From a virus, in IMG/VR virus record IMGVR_UViG_3300023184_000086, positions 13,235 to 77,234 of that record: a DNA stretch of 64,000 nt; one strand, given 5' to 3'. The notes under the pieces are model-generated. The model did not search any database, was not told where the DNA came from, and saw only the letters and a program-made list of their open reading frames with translations. Within the stretch, counting starts at the first letter, position 1, and the number at the start of each line of letters is the position of its first letter. Position numbers and translations under genes: made by a program. Positions 37,769-49,374 of this stretch are shown here, in pieces.

Positions 37769-40700
37769 TATGCTTGTGCCTCACCCCAACGTAAAACTAA
37801 GTTAGTTTGTATACTTGGACCAGAGGTTAAGTAAACATTAATAAACAATGTGTCTGGTCCGTTTGGATATGTACCTCTACCACCTAATGGTGTATTAGTT
37901 AATTCTTTCAATGATGTTAATTCTAATGTATCTTTATTAGCAGGACTGGATATGAATGAGAAAATTGTTTCTCCGGGAACTGCCCAATTATTTCGATAGA
38001 ATGTTATTGGCGTGTTATTTTGTAAAGTACTCAGCAATGGTTGTGTTAATAAAATCGTATTATTACCGATAGCCTGTACTAGGGTATTTCCTTGAATACC
38101 TGTACCACCTGGTGTTGAATTTGTAGTAACAATTGCATCACCTATAGCAATACTAGCCGTACTTGCTACAGATATTGTATATGTACCAGTTGACATAGTT
38201 TGACTTAATTGTGTACCTGTAGTAAAACTTCCATCAAAGTTAATATAATTACTAGGAGCAATTTGTGCAAAACTAGGTTGTCCTGAACCAATTTGACTAC
38301 CACCCGCTACTCCACCTTGTAATGAGTACCATGTAATATTAGTTACTGTGTTAGGAAAATTACTCGGATTTAAAACCCCTTCAATAACAATAGCCTGACT
38401 ACCTGCGGCAACACCCGCTGTATTTTCAATTGTCTGTAACAACAATTGGCTTCGATTAATTAAATCTCTTACTCCTAAATCACCTACAGTAGCATTACTT
38501 ACGCTAGGTGCTAGTCTAATTGCAAAGGCCGCTTTCTTTACAGTACTTACGGTGATGTTAGGCGACTGATAGTTAAAAATATATCCACGATCTTGATCAA
38601 ATCCGCCATCTGTTAAGAATGCACTTCCCCAATGACTAATAGTCGGACTAGCAGTTTGACTAACTAATATTACTCCAGTTCCGGCAGTATGTGATGCTGC
38701 GGTACCTGCTGTGAAATTTTGTGTACTACCATTTACCCACGGTGTTAATGCTGCTGCTCTAGTTAATCCATTTAATGTGTTAGTAGCGGTAGTTTTACTT
38801 GTGTAACTAATTAATTCATTGTCAACATAGACTGTTCCCGAAGCAGGAAAATATGTAACATTAGTCAATGTCATTGCAGTAGTCACATTGTTAATTGCTA
38901 CTGACAGCATATCACGGGCACCTTCATTGATAACTTCATAACGAACAGGTTGATTACCAGTACGCATATATGCTTCTTTATTAATATTACTATTTTTTAT
39001 ACGATGGACGGTCATGTAATTACCATCTGGGCCACGTAACATCCAATCAATAAATCCAGCACCGTACCATGTCCACTGTAATCCGATCATTTGCAATGAA
39101 TAGGGTAATAAATTATATCCGCTGGGATTAAATGCGTTATTGGTGCCATCGCAACGATCCATATTCCATTGACTCTGTGGAACTAAAATATCAGTAACTT
39201 TAACCATTTTAGCGTTAGTACTAGTAGTACTACCTCGATAATCTGGATTTACATACATATATGTTGCGCTAGTGATAGCAGATACTGTATGAGTCATGCC
39301 TTTAATAACCACGCGGTCGCCTGCAACTAATTGGTTAGTAAATTGTGTATTATATCCAGTGATCAAATTTGAATCAGGCGTAGCAGTCACTGTTCCCGTT
39401 AATTGTAATGTACTAGTTCTTAGTCCAATAGCCATTTGCATACCATCATATTGCCAATATATTCCATTCTGTTCATCAAATGTACCTGCTCTAACTGTAG
39501 ATCCATGCCATGTTGTATGAGACAAATATGTGTTAACACCAAACACTGCGGTTGTTGTACTAAGAACAGAAGTAGCGGTAACAGTAATAGAACGTTCATC
39601 TACTATACTTGCTACTGTATATATACCGTTATATCCGGTGCTAGTAATATTATTTAAAATAACACCAGACCCTGCTTGCAATCCATGATCTAAATCATCG
39701 ACTGTAACAGTGATGGTACTACCTGTAGTAAGTCCTGTTGAAATAATACTTCTAATATTATAATTAGGAGCAAAAAGAGCAGCAGTATTATAGTTAATGG
39801 CTTTGCCTGATTGATAACGTATATATTTTTTACTCATACGTGCTGCTTGACTACCGTGATTAGGACCGCCTGCACCTAAACTCACCCCGCCGTCAAATGG
39901 TCTATGTGTATAGAAACTATCTGCTCTTGAATATAAAACACCTGTTGGAGTGCCGGTAAATGCACCTACGTTTCTTGCTTTATATGTTAATGTAGTCGGA
40001 CTAGGTACTGATTGTACATAAAATGGTCCTTGAGCAAGTGTATGATTATTACTACCATTATCACTATTAATCACTGCAAGTATACCCGACCCCGGTGTTA
40101 ATCCGTGATTGTTAACAAATGTTACTGTAATAGTGGCTGTGGTACTGGAGCCGCCAGTTCCGTTATCACTAAATGTTGTTGAGCCAATAGCAGAACCGGT
40201 ATAGAATCCACCTCGACGTACAATAGTATACGCAGTTAAAATACTAGAACCCACTGTTGTTGATACCTGTGCTCTAGCATAATATGTAAATGTATAAGTA
40301 TTAATTATAGAATTTACAATAAATGAACCCTGAGCACGATCTGCTCCTGATATAGTTGCATCTAAATTTTGTATAGTTATTGCTGTTCCTGTGCTTAATT
40401 GATGTGGAACTGAAGAAGTTACTGTGATTAGACTTTCAACATTTGGATTAGAGCCACCACCACTAGCATTTGTAGTTATAGATAATATGGTTAAATCAGT
40501 ACCTGGAATTTCATAAATGCCCGGATAACCACGCACAGTACTAATGGTTTGCCATTTTGTGGGTTGTAGTCCATATTCAAAGTCAGCATCCAACATACTT
40601 TGTGGGCTAGCGGTACGTGTACGTTCAAACGCATCTGTGCCCATAGCCCACGGTCTTGTAATAGTTTCAGCACGTTCGACAAATATTTGTAGAGAATCAC

Positions 40701-40974
40701 CACTACTATAACCAGTAGTGTTTATTGCTAGATTAATTGTAGTAGTTCCATCACTACCTTGTAATGCTTGTGGAAAATTAGTGCTATTGGCACGATTAAA
40801 TGTTACACTAGTTCCAATAAAAGCAGCATCTGCAAAATTATATAAAAAAGTATTTCGTGTGACATTAGTGATCAAAGTGATCTGTTCCAGGGCCCATCTG
40901 CCCATTATTTCCACAGTTCCACTTCCGGCAATGCCTGGAGTGAATACATATGATCTTATCAATTGTTTTGACAT
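37768..40974 (-). CDS. Large virion structural protein with repeated ITVT..HGL..G beta modules
   Basis: DAFER.R...QS..DADFEYGLQPTKW and YIRYQSGK motifs, typical of large-myovirus structural proteins. Confidence 0.7.
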   Translation of the reverse strand: MSKQLIRSYVFTPGIAGSGTVEIMGRWALEQITLITNVTRNTFLYNFADAAFIGTSVTFNRANSTNFPQALQGSDGTTTINLAINTTGYSSGDSLQIFVERAETITRPWAMGTDAFERTRTASPQSMLDADFEYGLQPTKWQTISTVRGYPGIYEIPGTDLTILSITTNASGGGSNPNVESLITVTSSVPHQLSTGTAITIQNLDATISGADRAQGSFIVNSIINTYTFTYYARAQVSTTVGSSILTAYTIVRRGGFYTGSAIGSTTFSDNGTGGSSTTATITVTFVNNHGLTPGSGILAVINSDNGSNNHTLAQGPFYVQSVPSPTTLTYKARNVGAFTGTPTGVLYSRADSFYTHRPFDGGVSLGAGGPNHGSQAARMSKKYIRYQSGKAINYNTAALFAPNYNIRSIISTGLTTGSTITVTVDDLDHGLQAGSGVILNNITSTGYNGIYTVASIVDERSITVTATSVLSTTTAVFGVNTYLSHTTWHGSTVRAGTFDEQNGIYWQYDGMQMAIGLRTSTLQLTGTVTATPDSNLITGYNTQFTNQLVAGDRVVIKGMTHTVSAITSATYMYVNPDYRGSTTSTNAKMVKVTDILVPQSQWNMDRCDGTNNAFNPSGYNLLPYSLQMIGLQWTWYGAGFIDWMLRGPDGNYMTVHRIKNSNINKEAYMRTGNQPVRYEVINEGARDMLSVAINNVTTAMTLTNVTYFPASGTVYVDNELISYTSKTTATNTLNGLTRAAALTPWVNGSTQNFTAGTAASHTAGTGVILVSQTASPTISHWGSAFLTDGGFDQDRGYIFNYQSPNITVSTVKKAAFAIRLAPSVSNATVGDLGVRDLINRSQLLLQTIENTAGVAAGSQAIVIEGVLNPSNFPNTVTNITWYSLQGGVAGGSQIGSGQPSFAQIAPSNYINFDGSFTTGTQLSQTMSTGTYTISVASTASIAIGDAIVTTNSTPGGTGIQGNTLVQAIGNNTILLTQPLLSTLQNNTPITFYRNNWAVPGETIFSFISSPANKDTLELTSLKELTNTPLGGRGTYPNGPDTLFINVYLTSGPSIQTNLVLRWGEAQA

Positions 40975-41010
40975 TTTATTAGTTGTCCTCGGTTACTACT
41001 TAATTATCCA

Positions 41011-44000
41011 TTATCCGCCCATTGCTACACTCATTGCGATACTAAATGCCTTAATATTGTTAACGCCCGTGCTACTAACCCCTGCAATAACCCTAATAAT
41101 ATCACCTGTAGTTCTACCTTGATACAGAACAATAGTAGTACCATTTGATGCTGTAAAATCTCCGTTACCTAAAGCAACACCGTTAGCAAAAACTTGTACT
41201 GTTCCCACAGTATATGCGCTACTAGGAGTGAATATAGTTTGCCCGCTAGTAGCAGTAAATTCTTGTATAGTAGTTGGTATTACTTGTGAACCATTACTTA
41301 CATATAAATTATTACCTATATATACAGAACCGCCAATTCCAACTCCACCTTGTACTATCAATGCACCTGTAGTGGTTGATCCCCCAGTTGTAGTATTTAA
41401 TACACTAAACGGAGTGGTTGTAGCAGTACTATATGATCCAGTATATCCTGTAGCAGTACTAGCAGATCCAGTATAACCTACTGATCCCCAATACCCCGAT
41501 TCCCCTTGTGTACCAGTTGAACCTGTAAATCCTATTACACCTTGTGTACCAGTTGAACCAGTATAACCACTGATACCTTGTGTACCTGTTGAACCTGTGT
41601 AGCCTACAGAACCCCAATATCCTTGTGAACCAGCATAACCGGCAGTATAAGTAGCAGGTCCAGCAAATGTCCATTCATTTACTCCAATTTTTATCAAAGT
41701 ACCGATACTATACTGATTTGTTAATATAGGACTATCGCTACTATGTAATGTAACACCTGAAACTGGACTAACAATTACAGGACCTGTATTACCCTGTGTT
41801 AAATCAATACGTTGACCAACATTAAAATTAACACTACTATCCAAAGGAATAGCAACAGTGGTACCAACTGAGTTAATAAAATTAATTAAATAACCAGCAT
41901 CTGTTAATACCAAGGTATATGCGGTACCTGTTTGCGTACTAATAACCTGCGTGGCTTCAAAACCACCTCTACTGCCAGTATAACCAATTGTACCAGTTGA
42001 CCCTGTATAGCCAGCACTACCTTGGTATCCAGCAGCAGTAGCCGAAGGTCCGGCAAAGGTCCATTCATTTGCTCCGATTTTTATCAAAGTACCGATACTA
42101 TACTGATTTGTTAATATAGGACTATCGGTACTATGTAATGTAACACCGGCACCTGGACTAACAACTACGGGACCTACATTGTATTGTTCTAAATCAATAC
42201 GTTGACCAATATTAAAGTTAACACTACTATCAGCCGGTACTGTAACCGTAGTTCCTGCTGCATTAGAAAAGTTAATTAATACACCTGCATCTGCTAATGC
42301 TAGGGTATATGAGGTACCTGTCTGTGTACTAATAACTTGTGTGGCGTCAAAACCACCTCTACTTCCACTATAACCCAACGTACCAGTTGACCCTGTATAG
42401 CCAACACTACCTTGATATCCTGCTGCACTAGTTGCAGGGCCGGCAAATGTCCATTCATTTGCTCCAATTTTTATCAAAGTACCGATACTATACTGATTTG
42501 TTAATATAGGACTATCGGTACTATGTAATGTAACACCGACACTTGGACTAACAACTACGGGTCCTACATTGTATTGTTCTAGATCTACACGTTGACCAAT
42601 ATTAAAGTTAACACTACTATCGGCCGGTATTGTAACCGTAGTTCCTGCTGCGTTAGAAAAGTTAATTAAATAACCAGCATCTGTTAATGCTAGGGTATAT
42701 GAGGTACCTGTCTGTGTACTAATAACTTGTGTGGCATCAAAACCACCTCTGCTACCGGTATAACCTTGACTACCGGTATATCCAGATGCTGTACTTGCGG
42801 ACCCGGTGTATCCAGTACCTGTTGAACCTGTATAACCTTGTGTACCGGTAGAACCTGTATAACCAGCACTACCTGTCCAACCTTGAATACCTTGAGTACC
42901 AGTTGAACCAGTAAAACCGGCACCGTCTGCACCTTTACTTCCTGTGTAACCAACAAATGGGCCAGAATCTGTAAATCCTACAATGTTTCCAGCGGCTGTA
43001 GTAGTAGTATATGTCCAAAGATGTCCATTAAAGGTAACGATGATACCATCACCCTTTTTAGGGATAGGATCAATAGCATTAAATGCTCCCGAAGTTGCAG
43101 TACTAGTACTACCAACAAGATTAACACTTACGCCTTCTGGACCAGTATCGCCTTTACTACCAGTATAACCAGTTGCTGTGCTAGCACTACCAGTATAACC
43201 TGCACTACCTGTCCATCCTTTATCACCTTGAATACCTTGTGTACCTGTACTACCTGTGTACCCTAGTCCTACACTTTGTCCATTGATAAAAACTGCGGTT
43301 GCGGTAAAAGTTCCGCCAACAAATAAATTGCCGCCAATTCCAACCCCACCTGCAACTTGTAAAGCACCTGTGTTAGTTGAAGTTGCATTAACTTTACTAG
43401 TAATTGTAGCAGTATTACCAACTACTAAATTTCCACCGATTCCAACCCCACCGACTACTTGTAGGGCACCAGTTGTAGTTGAAGTTGCAGTAGTTTCTCC
43501 TGCAATTCTTAAAACACTAGTACCTGGATTATAAGTAAAGTTAGAACCAGCATCTGATATAATACCCAATTGCCCCGATGAAGTCGAAACAAAAGTTACA
43601 TAATAATTAGCATTATTACTTGCAGTAGATACTACGACATTTGTAGAAGTAACAGCATAACTTGCAGTTGATGCTAATCCAGTAAATGTTCCAACAAATG
43701 TTGTAGCAGTTATAATCCCGCCAACAACTAAATTTCCACCAATACCAACACCACCTACTATTTGTAAAGCACCTGAATTAGTTGAAGTTGCATTTAAAGT
43801 ATTAGTAATTAAAATTGTATTAGTAGTTGAATTTCCTCTATCAGTAATGCTTTGTAATGTACTGGTATTCCAAATATAAATTTGTGTACCGGAATTAGCA
43901 CTAACTGCTGTATCAGTACCTGCATAAATTGCAGTTTGATTTGCATATTGATTAACACTGGCAGTAGTTAATACTTGTTGACCATTTTGATATAAGGAGC

Positions 44001-47000
44001 CACCGAGATACAAATCGCCGCCAATACCAACTCCGCCACGTACTGTTAATGCACCAGTAGATGTGCTGATAGAAGAAGTAGTGTTAGTTAATATTATACC
44101 ACCAGTTTTGAATATTCCATATTCAGTTCCAGTAAATATGCCACCTATCTCAGTACCATTAGAATACCATTCTAAATATCCCGAATCGTTGGCTAACCCT
44201 AAGAACGCATCTTTATCTTGGCTATTTTTATAATAGTGAAAAATGTAGCCAATATCTTTACCATCATCTACTGTCCAAGTATGATCTGTAGTTGTACTAT
44301 AATCTCTAGGTGTATGTATATTGATTAAGTTATCAGTATAGGACGTATTTGTAGAATATACATAAGTAGATGTACCGGCAAAAGTTACATTATTCAAGAA
44401 CAATGCTTCGCCGGTGACCATTAATGATTTGCCAATGCCTAATCCACCTGCTATGTAAACAGCATTTTCTGTTACAGTTGCGGTGCTTGATAATGTGTTA
44501 GAAAATACAAATGTGCTAGATGTTGTGGTAGTTAGACCTTGTATACCTTGAGCGCCAGTAGCACCAGTAGCACCCCTCGGACCTTGACCACCTTGAATAG
44601 ATTTTTCAAGGGCAACATAATCAATCCAGGTTCTATGTGCAGTATTACCAAAACTAACGTGATAAATTCTAACCCAAACTTTTCCACCTGAAATATATGG
44701 TTGATCATCAATAACACCTTCGATGAATTGGAACCAACCAGTAGATCCAGAATATGAAGAAAATGTATCCCAACTTAATGTTGTCCAATTGTATAAATCA
44801 ATTTGTTGGGTATGCCCTGAATTTTGAGTATAGTTAATATTCAACACCATACGGTTAAAATCAACAATACCAGTAAATCCTATATAGGTAATTGCTCCTG
44901 GGATAGTTGCTGCATCATGAATACTATAAAATCCAGTATTAGTTGCAGTATTATAGTCATTGAAAGTTGAAATATCAGCAGCACTACCGAAATCATATGT
45001 TCCATAAATTGTACTTGTTCCGGCAACTGCTATCAATCCAGTAACTACCCCGGGATTATTTGTAATATATGCTGCTGTATACGTAATTGTTTCTAAATCT
45101 GCTGCCGTTAGTATTTTTGCCCCATTTATGTAACTGGTATTTGCTACATTTAAAGTGCCACCAATACCCACTCCGCCGTCAACTACTAATGCACCAGTAG
45201 TTGTCGATGTTGAAATTGTTGTATTAGTAATACGTACAGCATTAGTAGTAGTAGAACCTCTATTGGTAATAGTTTGTAATGTGCTAGTATTCCAAATTGT
45301 AATATTACCGGTGCTGGTGTTAATTGCTGTATCAGTACCTGCTGTAATTATTGTAGGAGTTACATAAGAAGTAATAGAAGATGTGGTAATTACCAACGAT
45401 CCGTTAATATTAACATCACCACCAACAAATAAATTGCCGCCAATACCAACACCACCTGCTACTTGTAATGCACCTGAAGTAGTTGAAATTGCACTAGTTG
45501 TGTTGGTTATTAAAATTGTATTAGTAGTTGAATTACCTCTGCCAGTTACTGATTCTAATGTGCTGGTATTCCAAATAGTAATATTACCGGTGCTAGTATT
45601 AATTGATGTATCTGTGCCTGCTACAATTGTAGTCTGATTAGCAAATTGATTAACACTGGCAGTAGTTAATACTTGTTGACCATTTTGATACAAGGCCCCA
45701 CCAATATATAAGTCACCACCAATACCAGCGCCGCCTGCGATTTGTAAAGCACCAGAATAGGTGTTACTAGCATTAGTAGTATTATATGTTTGAATTACAT
45801 CATCTGTTTTAATTAATGTAGTGGTAATTGTTGTATATTGAATAGTTAATTTTTGTGCAACTATTTCGCCACCAACAAATAAATTGCCGCCAATACCAAT
45901 ACCACCTGCTACTTGTAATGCACCTGAAGTAGTTGAAATTGCACTGGCTGTATTAGTAATTAAAATTGTATTGGTAGTTGAATTTCCTCTGCCAGTAACT
46001 GATTCTAATGTGCTGGTATTCCAAATAGTGACATTACCAATTAATGATGATACAGCAGTATCAGTACCCGCAGCAATTGATGTTACTGCTGAATTAGAAA
46101 TAGATGAAGTAGTAATTACCAACGCACCATCAACAGTTAATGATCCACCTACATATAAATTTCTTCCAATACCAACACCACCTGTAATCGTTAATGCACC
46201 TGTATTGGTTGATGTTGAATTTGTAGTATCAGTAATTGATATAGCATTAGTTGTTGTATTTCCTCTATCAGTAACTGATTGTAGTGTGCTGGTATTCCAA
46301 ACAGTAATAGCACCAGTGCTGCTGCTTATTGCAGTATCAGTTCCAGCAGTTATAGTTGTAGCAACAACACGTTGATCACCAGAGAATATTCCCCCACCAA
46401 CATATAAATCGCCACCGATGCCAGCACCACCTGCTACTTGTAATGCACCTGAAGTAGTTGAAATTGCACTAGTTGTGTTGGTTATTAAAATTGTATTAGT
46501 AGTTGAATTTCCTCTGCCAGTAACTGATTCTAATGTGCTGGTGTTCCAAACAGTAAGTTCACCGGTGCTGGTACTTACTGCTGTATCAGTACCTGCTCTA
46601 ATTAATGTTGCTGCTAACTTACTAATAGTTGCAGTAGTAACTACCAATGCACCGCCTACAATAGCACCAGTAACATTTAAGTCACCACCAATAAAAACAT
46701 TACCACCAATACCAACACCACCACCTACTTGTAACGCACCTGAAGTAGTTGAAATTGCACTAGTTGTGTTGGTTATTAAAATTGTATTAGTAGTTGAATT
46801 TCCTCTGCCAGTAACTGATTCTAATGTGCTGGTGTTCCAAATAGTAATGCTACCAGTACTAGTATTAATTGATGTATCTGTACCTGCTACAATTGTAGTC
46901 TGATTAGCAAATTGATTAACACTGGCAGTCGTTAATACTTCAGCGCCATTAATGAATATACGTTCACCAACGTTTACTGTACCACCAATACCAGCGCCAC

Positions 47001-49038
47001 CTGCTACTACTAATGCACCAGTAGTAGTTGACGTTGATGCATCAGTGCTCAATATCAATACGGCGTTGGTGGTGCTGCTGCCCCTATCAGTTACTGTTTG
47101 TAATGTACTAGTATTCCAAATCGTAATACTACCGATACTTCCAGATATTGCGGTGTCAGTGCCTGCCGTGATCGAAGTTACCGCAGATGAACTAATAGAA
47201 GCAGTGGTAACTACTAATGAACCATTTACGTTTAAATTCCCACCAATATTAACATTGCCGCCAATACCAACCCCGCCTACCACAATCAACGCACCAGTGT
47301 CAGTCGATGTGCTAGGAGTAGCATTAAATGTTTTGATTATATCATCAGTTTCAACTATAGTAGTAGTTATAGTGGTATATTCAATGGTTAACTTTTGAGC
47401 AACTATTTCTCCGCCAACAAATAGATCGCCGCCAATACCAACACCACCTGCTACTTGTAACGCACCTGAATCAGTTGAAATTGCACTAGTTGTGTTGGTT
47501 ATTAAAATTGTATTAGTAGTTGAATTACCTCTGCCAGTTACTGATTCTAATGTGCTGGTATTCCAAATAGTAATATTACCGGTGCTGGTATTAATAGCAG
47601 TATCAGTACCGGCTGTTATAATCGTGGCAAATATCTGTTTATCGTTATTAAATAAATTACCTCCAACTACTAAATTACCACCAATACCAACACTACCAAC
47701 TACTTGTAACGCACCGGAATTAGTTGAAATTGTATAGGAAGTATCGGTAATTATTATAGCATTAGTAGTTGAATTGCCCCTATCAGTAACTGATTGTAAT
47801 GTGCTAGTATTCCAAATGGTAATATTACCGGTACTGGTGCTTATTGCAGTATCAGTGCCCGCATTTATACTTGTTTGATTTGCGTATTGATTGATAGTAG
47901 CAGTAGATAATATCTGCTGGTCATTTTGATATAATATGCCACCAACATATAAATCACCACCAACGCCAACACCACCTGATATAGTCAACGCACCCGAAGT
48001 GGTTGAAATTGCACTAGTTGTATTAGTAATTGATATAGCATTGGTTGTTGAATTACCCCTATCGCTTACAGTTTGTAGTGTGCTGGTATTCCATATCGTG
48101 ATAGTTCCAGTATTGCTACTTACTGCGGTATCAGTACCAGCCGTTAAAGTTTGTACACCTAGATTAATTATTGTAAAACTAGTTGAAGTCCCAGTTGATA
48201 TTAAATCATCGATACCAATATACATTGACCCGGATGGAGTTACATTTGTAACTACTCTATTACCCAGGTCATAAATTTGATTTGCATATAATGCACCACC
48301 AACTCCTGCACCACCTATTACTTGTAATGCTCCCGAATCAGTTGAAGTTGCATCAGTTGTATTAGTAATTAAAATTATGTTAGTAGTTGAATTACCTCTG
48401 CCAGTTACTGATTCTAATGTGCTGGTATTCCAAATAGTAACTGCACCGGTGCTAGTACTAACTGCTGTATCGGTTCCAGCAGTAATTATAGTTACTGCTG
48501 ATCCTGATATTGAAGCAGTTGTAAGTACCAATGCACCATTAACAGTTAATGTACCGCCGACAAATAAATCTCTTCCAATACCGATACCACCATTAACAAT
48601 TAAAGCACCTGTATTAGTTGATGTTGAATTTGTAGTTGTACTAATTAATAATATTCGATTAATAACAGATACACCTAATATACTGTTTAATCCGCTTTGT
48701 GTAGTTAAAACTTCAGCATTATTAAAATATGCTTTACCAGCAACATTTAAATATCCACCAATGGTAACGCCACCAGATACCTGTAATGCATTACTAGAGG
48801 TAAATCCAAAATTTGATAAAGTAGATAATATGTTAACTGTTTCTGTATTAGCAGTTATTATATTCGACCAAGTGCGTATTGCAGTTGAAGTTGAGCCAGT
48901 TAATAAACTACCTTCTAGAAAAGGTAATCCCAAATCTGGTTCTGCTTGGCTTGAATCTAGATATTCGTAGCGATCAACGGTGAGATTACCACCGCTTAAT
49001 TTTTTTATCTTACCACTGAATAATCTACTTTTACTCAT
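41011..49038 (-). CDS. Giant Thr/Gly-rich fibre protein (2675 aa) with collagen-like segments
   Basis: About a dozen AGTDT..S.G.ITIWNTSTL..VT.RG..TTN / GALQV.GGVGIGG units; G-Y-T-G-S-T collagen triplets; three C-terminal domain repeats. Confidence 0.85.
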   Translation of the reverse strand: MSKSRLFSGKIKKLSGGNLTVDRYEYLDSSQAEPDLGLPFLEGSLLTGSTSTAIRTWSNIITANTETVNILSTLSNFGFTSSNALQVSGGVTIGGYLNVAGKAYFNNAEVLTTQSGLNSILGVSVINRILLISTTTNSTSTNTGALIVNGGIGIGRDLFVGGTLTVNGALVLTTASISGSAVTIITAGTDTAVSTSTGAVTIWNTSTLESVTGRGNSTTNIILITNTTDATSTDSGALQVIGGAGVGGALYANQIYDLGNRVVTNVTPSGSMYIGIDDLISTGTSTSFTIINLGVQTLTAGTDTAVSSNTGTITIWNTSTLQTVSDRGNSTTNAISITNTTSAISTTSGALTISGGVGVGGDLYVGGILYQNDQQILSTATINQYANQTSINAGTDTAISTSTGNITIWNTSTLQSVTDRGNSTTNAIIITDTSYTISTNSGALQVVGSVGIGGNLVVGGNLFNNDKQIFATIITAGTDTAINTSTGNITIWNTSTLESVTGRGNSTTNTILITNTTSAISTDSGALQVAGGVGIGGDLFVGGEIVAQKLTIEYTTITTTIVETDDIIKTFNATPSTSTDTGALIVVGGVGIGGNVNIGGNLNVNGSLVVTTASISSSAVTSITAGTDTAISGSIGSITIWNTSTLQTVTDRGSSTTNAVLILSTDASTSTTTGALVVAGGAGIGGTVNVGERIFINGAEVLTTASVNQFANQTTIVAGTDTSINTSTGSITIWNTSTLESVTGRGNSTTNTILITNTTSAISTTSGALQVGGGVGIGGNVFIGGDLNVTGAIVGGALVVTTATISKLAATLIRAGTDTAVSTSTGELTVWNTSTLESVTGRGNSTTNTILITNTTSAISTTSGALQVAGGAGIGGDLYVGGGIFSGDQRVVATTITAGTDTAISSSTGAITVWNTSTLQSVTDRGNTTTNAISITDTTNSTSTNTGALTITGGVGIGRNLYVGGSLTVDGALVITTSSISNSAVTSIAAGTDTAVSSLIGNVTIWNTSTLESVTGRGNSTTNTILITNTASAISTTSGALQVAGGIGIGGNLFVGGEIVAQKLTIQYTTITTTLIKTDDVIQTYNTTNASNTYSGALQIAGGAGIGGDLYIGGALYQNGQQVLTTASVNQFANQTTIVAGTDTSINTSTGNITIWNTSTLESVTGRGNSTTNTILITNTTSAISTTSGALQVAGGVGIGGNLFVGGDVNINGSLVITTSSITSYVTPTIITAGTDTAINTSTGNITIWNTSTLQTITNRGSTTTNAVRITNTTISTSTTTGALVVDGGVGIGGTLNVANTSYINGAKILTAADLETITYTAAYITNNPGVVTGLIAVAGTSTIYGTYDFGSAADISTFNDYNTATNTGFYSIHDAATIPGAITYIGFTGIVDFNRMVLNINYTQNSGHTQQIDLYNWTTLSWDTFSSYSGSTGWFQFIEGVIDDQPYISGGKVWVRIYHVSFGNTAHRTWIDYVALEKSIQGGQGPRGATGATGAQGIQGLTTTTSSTFVFSNTLSSTATVTENAVYIAGGLGIGKSLMVTGEALFLNNVTFAGTSTYVYSTNTSYTDNLINIHTPRDYSTTTDHTWTVDDGKDIGYIFHYYKNSQDKDAFLGLANDSGYLEWYSNGTEIGGIFTGTEYGIFKTGGIILTNTTSSISTSTGALTVRGGVGIGGDLYLGGSLYQNGQQVLTTASVNQYANQTAIYAGTDTAVSANSGTQIYIWNTSTLQSITDRGNSTTNTILITNTLNATSTNSGALQIVGGVGIGGNLVVGGIITATTFVGTFTGLASTASYAVTSTNVVVSTASNNANYYVTFVSTSSGQLGIISDAGSNFTYNPGTSVLRIAGETTATSTTTGALQVVGGVGIGGNLVVGNTATITSKVNATSTNTGALQVAGGVGIGGNLFVGGTFTATAVFINGQSVGLGYTGSTGTQGIQGDKGWTGSAGYTGSASTATGYTGSKGDTGPEGVSVNLVGSTSTATSGAFNAIDPIPKKGDGIIVTFNGHLWTYTTTTAAGNIVGFTDSGPFVGYTGSKGADGAGFTGSTGTQGIQGWTGSAGYTGSTGTQGYTGSTGTGYTGSASTASGYTGSQGYTGSRGGFDATQVISTQTGTSYTLALTDAGYLINFSNAAGTTVTIPADSSVNFNIGQRVDLEQYNVGPVVVSPSVGVTLHSTDSPILTNQYSIGTLIKIGANEWTFAGPATSAAGYQGSVGYTGSTGTLGYSGSRGGFDATQVISTQTGTSYTLALADAGVLINFSNAAGTTVTVPADSSVNFNIGQRIDLEQYNVGPVVVSPGAGVTLHSTDSPILTNQYSIGTLIKIGANEWTFAGPSATAAGYQGSAGYTGSTGTIGYTGSRGGFEATQVISTQTGTAYTLVLTDAGYLINFINSVGTTVAIPLDSSVNFNVGQRIDLTQGNTGPVIVSPVSGVTLHSSDSPILTNQYSIGTLIKIGVNEWTFAGPATYTAGYAGSQGYWGSVGYTGSTGTQGISGYTGSTGTQGVIGFTGSTGTQGESGYWGSVGYTGSASTATGYTGSYSTATTTPFSVLNTTTGGSTTTGALIVQGGVGIGGSVYIGNNLYVSNGSQVIPTTIQEFTATSGQTIFTPSSAYTVGTVQVFANGVALGNGDFTASNGTTIVLYQGRTTGDIIRVIAGVSSTGVNNIKAFSIAMSVAMGG
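41640..42780. repeat. Three near-identical copies of a 390-bp unit
   Basis: ACCGATACTATACTGATTTG recurs at 41701, 42091 and 42481. Confidence 0.9.
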
Positions 49039-49366
49039 TGCTGGTTTCTAATATGCTTAAAACTAAGTTAACACTGTTGTTTGCACCAGCACTAGCAGTA
49101 ATAGATGCACCACTTTCAATTACTAATTTTCCCGTAGTAACTTCGCAAGCATCATTAACTGGGATTTCAAAATCTTTAAGCATAACGAAATCAGTGGCAT
49201 TTTTTACCAAAGTAAATTTTACAGTAACAGGAACTGCTCCAATATTAGTAGCCTGTGCACCGAGAACAATAGTGGTAACAAGTTCAGGCGTGGTATAGAT
49301 AGTTTGAGTACTAGTAGTTAATTCAAATGCTTTAGTTTTAAACGAGTTTAAGGGTAGTGTTGCCAT
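49031..49366 (-). CDS. Small virion-associated beta protein (111 aa)
   Basis: IYT.P..T.IV...TN...GKLV.E.G...SILE pattern typical of proteins beside fibre genes. Confidence 0.7.
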   Translation of the reverse strand: MATLPLNSFKTKAFELTTSTQTIYTTPELVTTIVLGAQATNIGAVPVTVKFTLVKNATDFVMLKDFEIPVNDACEVTTGKLVIESGASITASAGANNSVNLVLSILETSNE

Positions 49367-49374
49367 ATGTTATG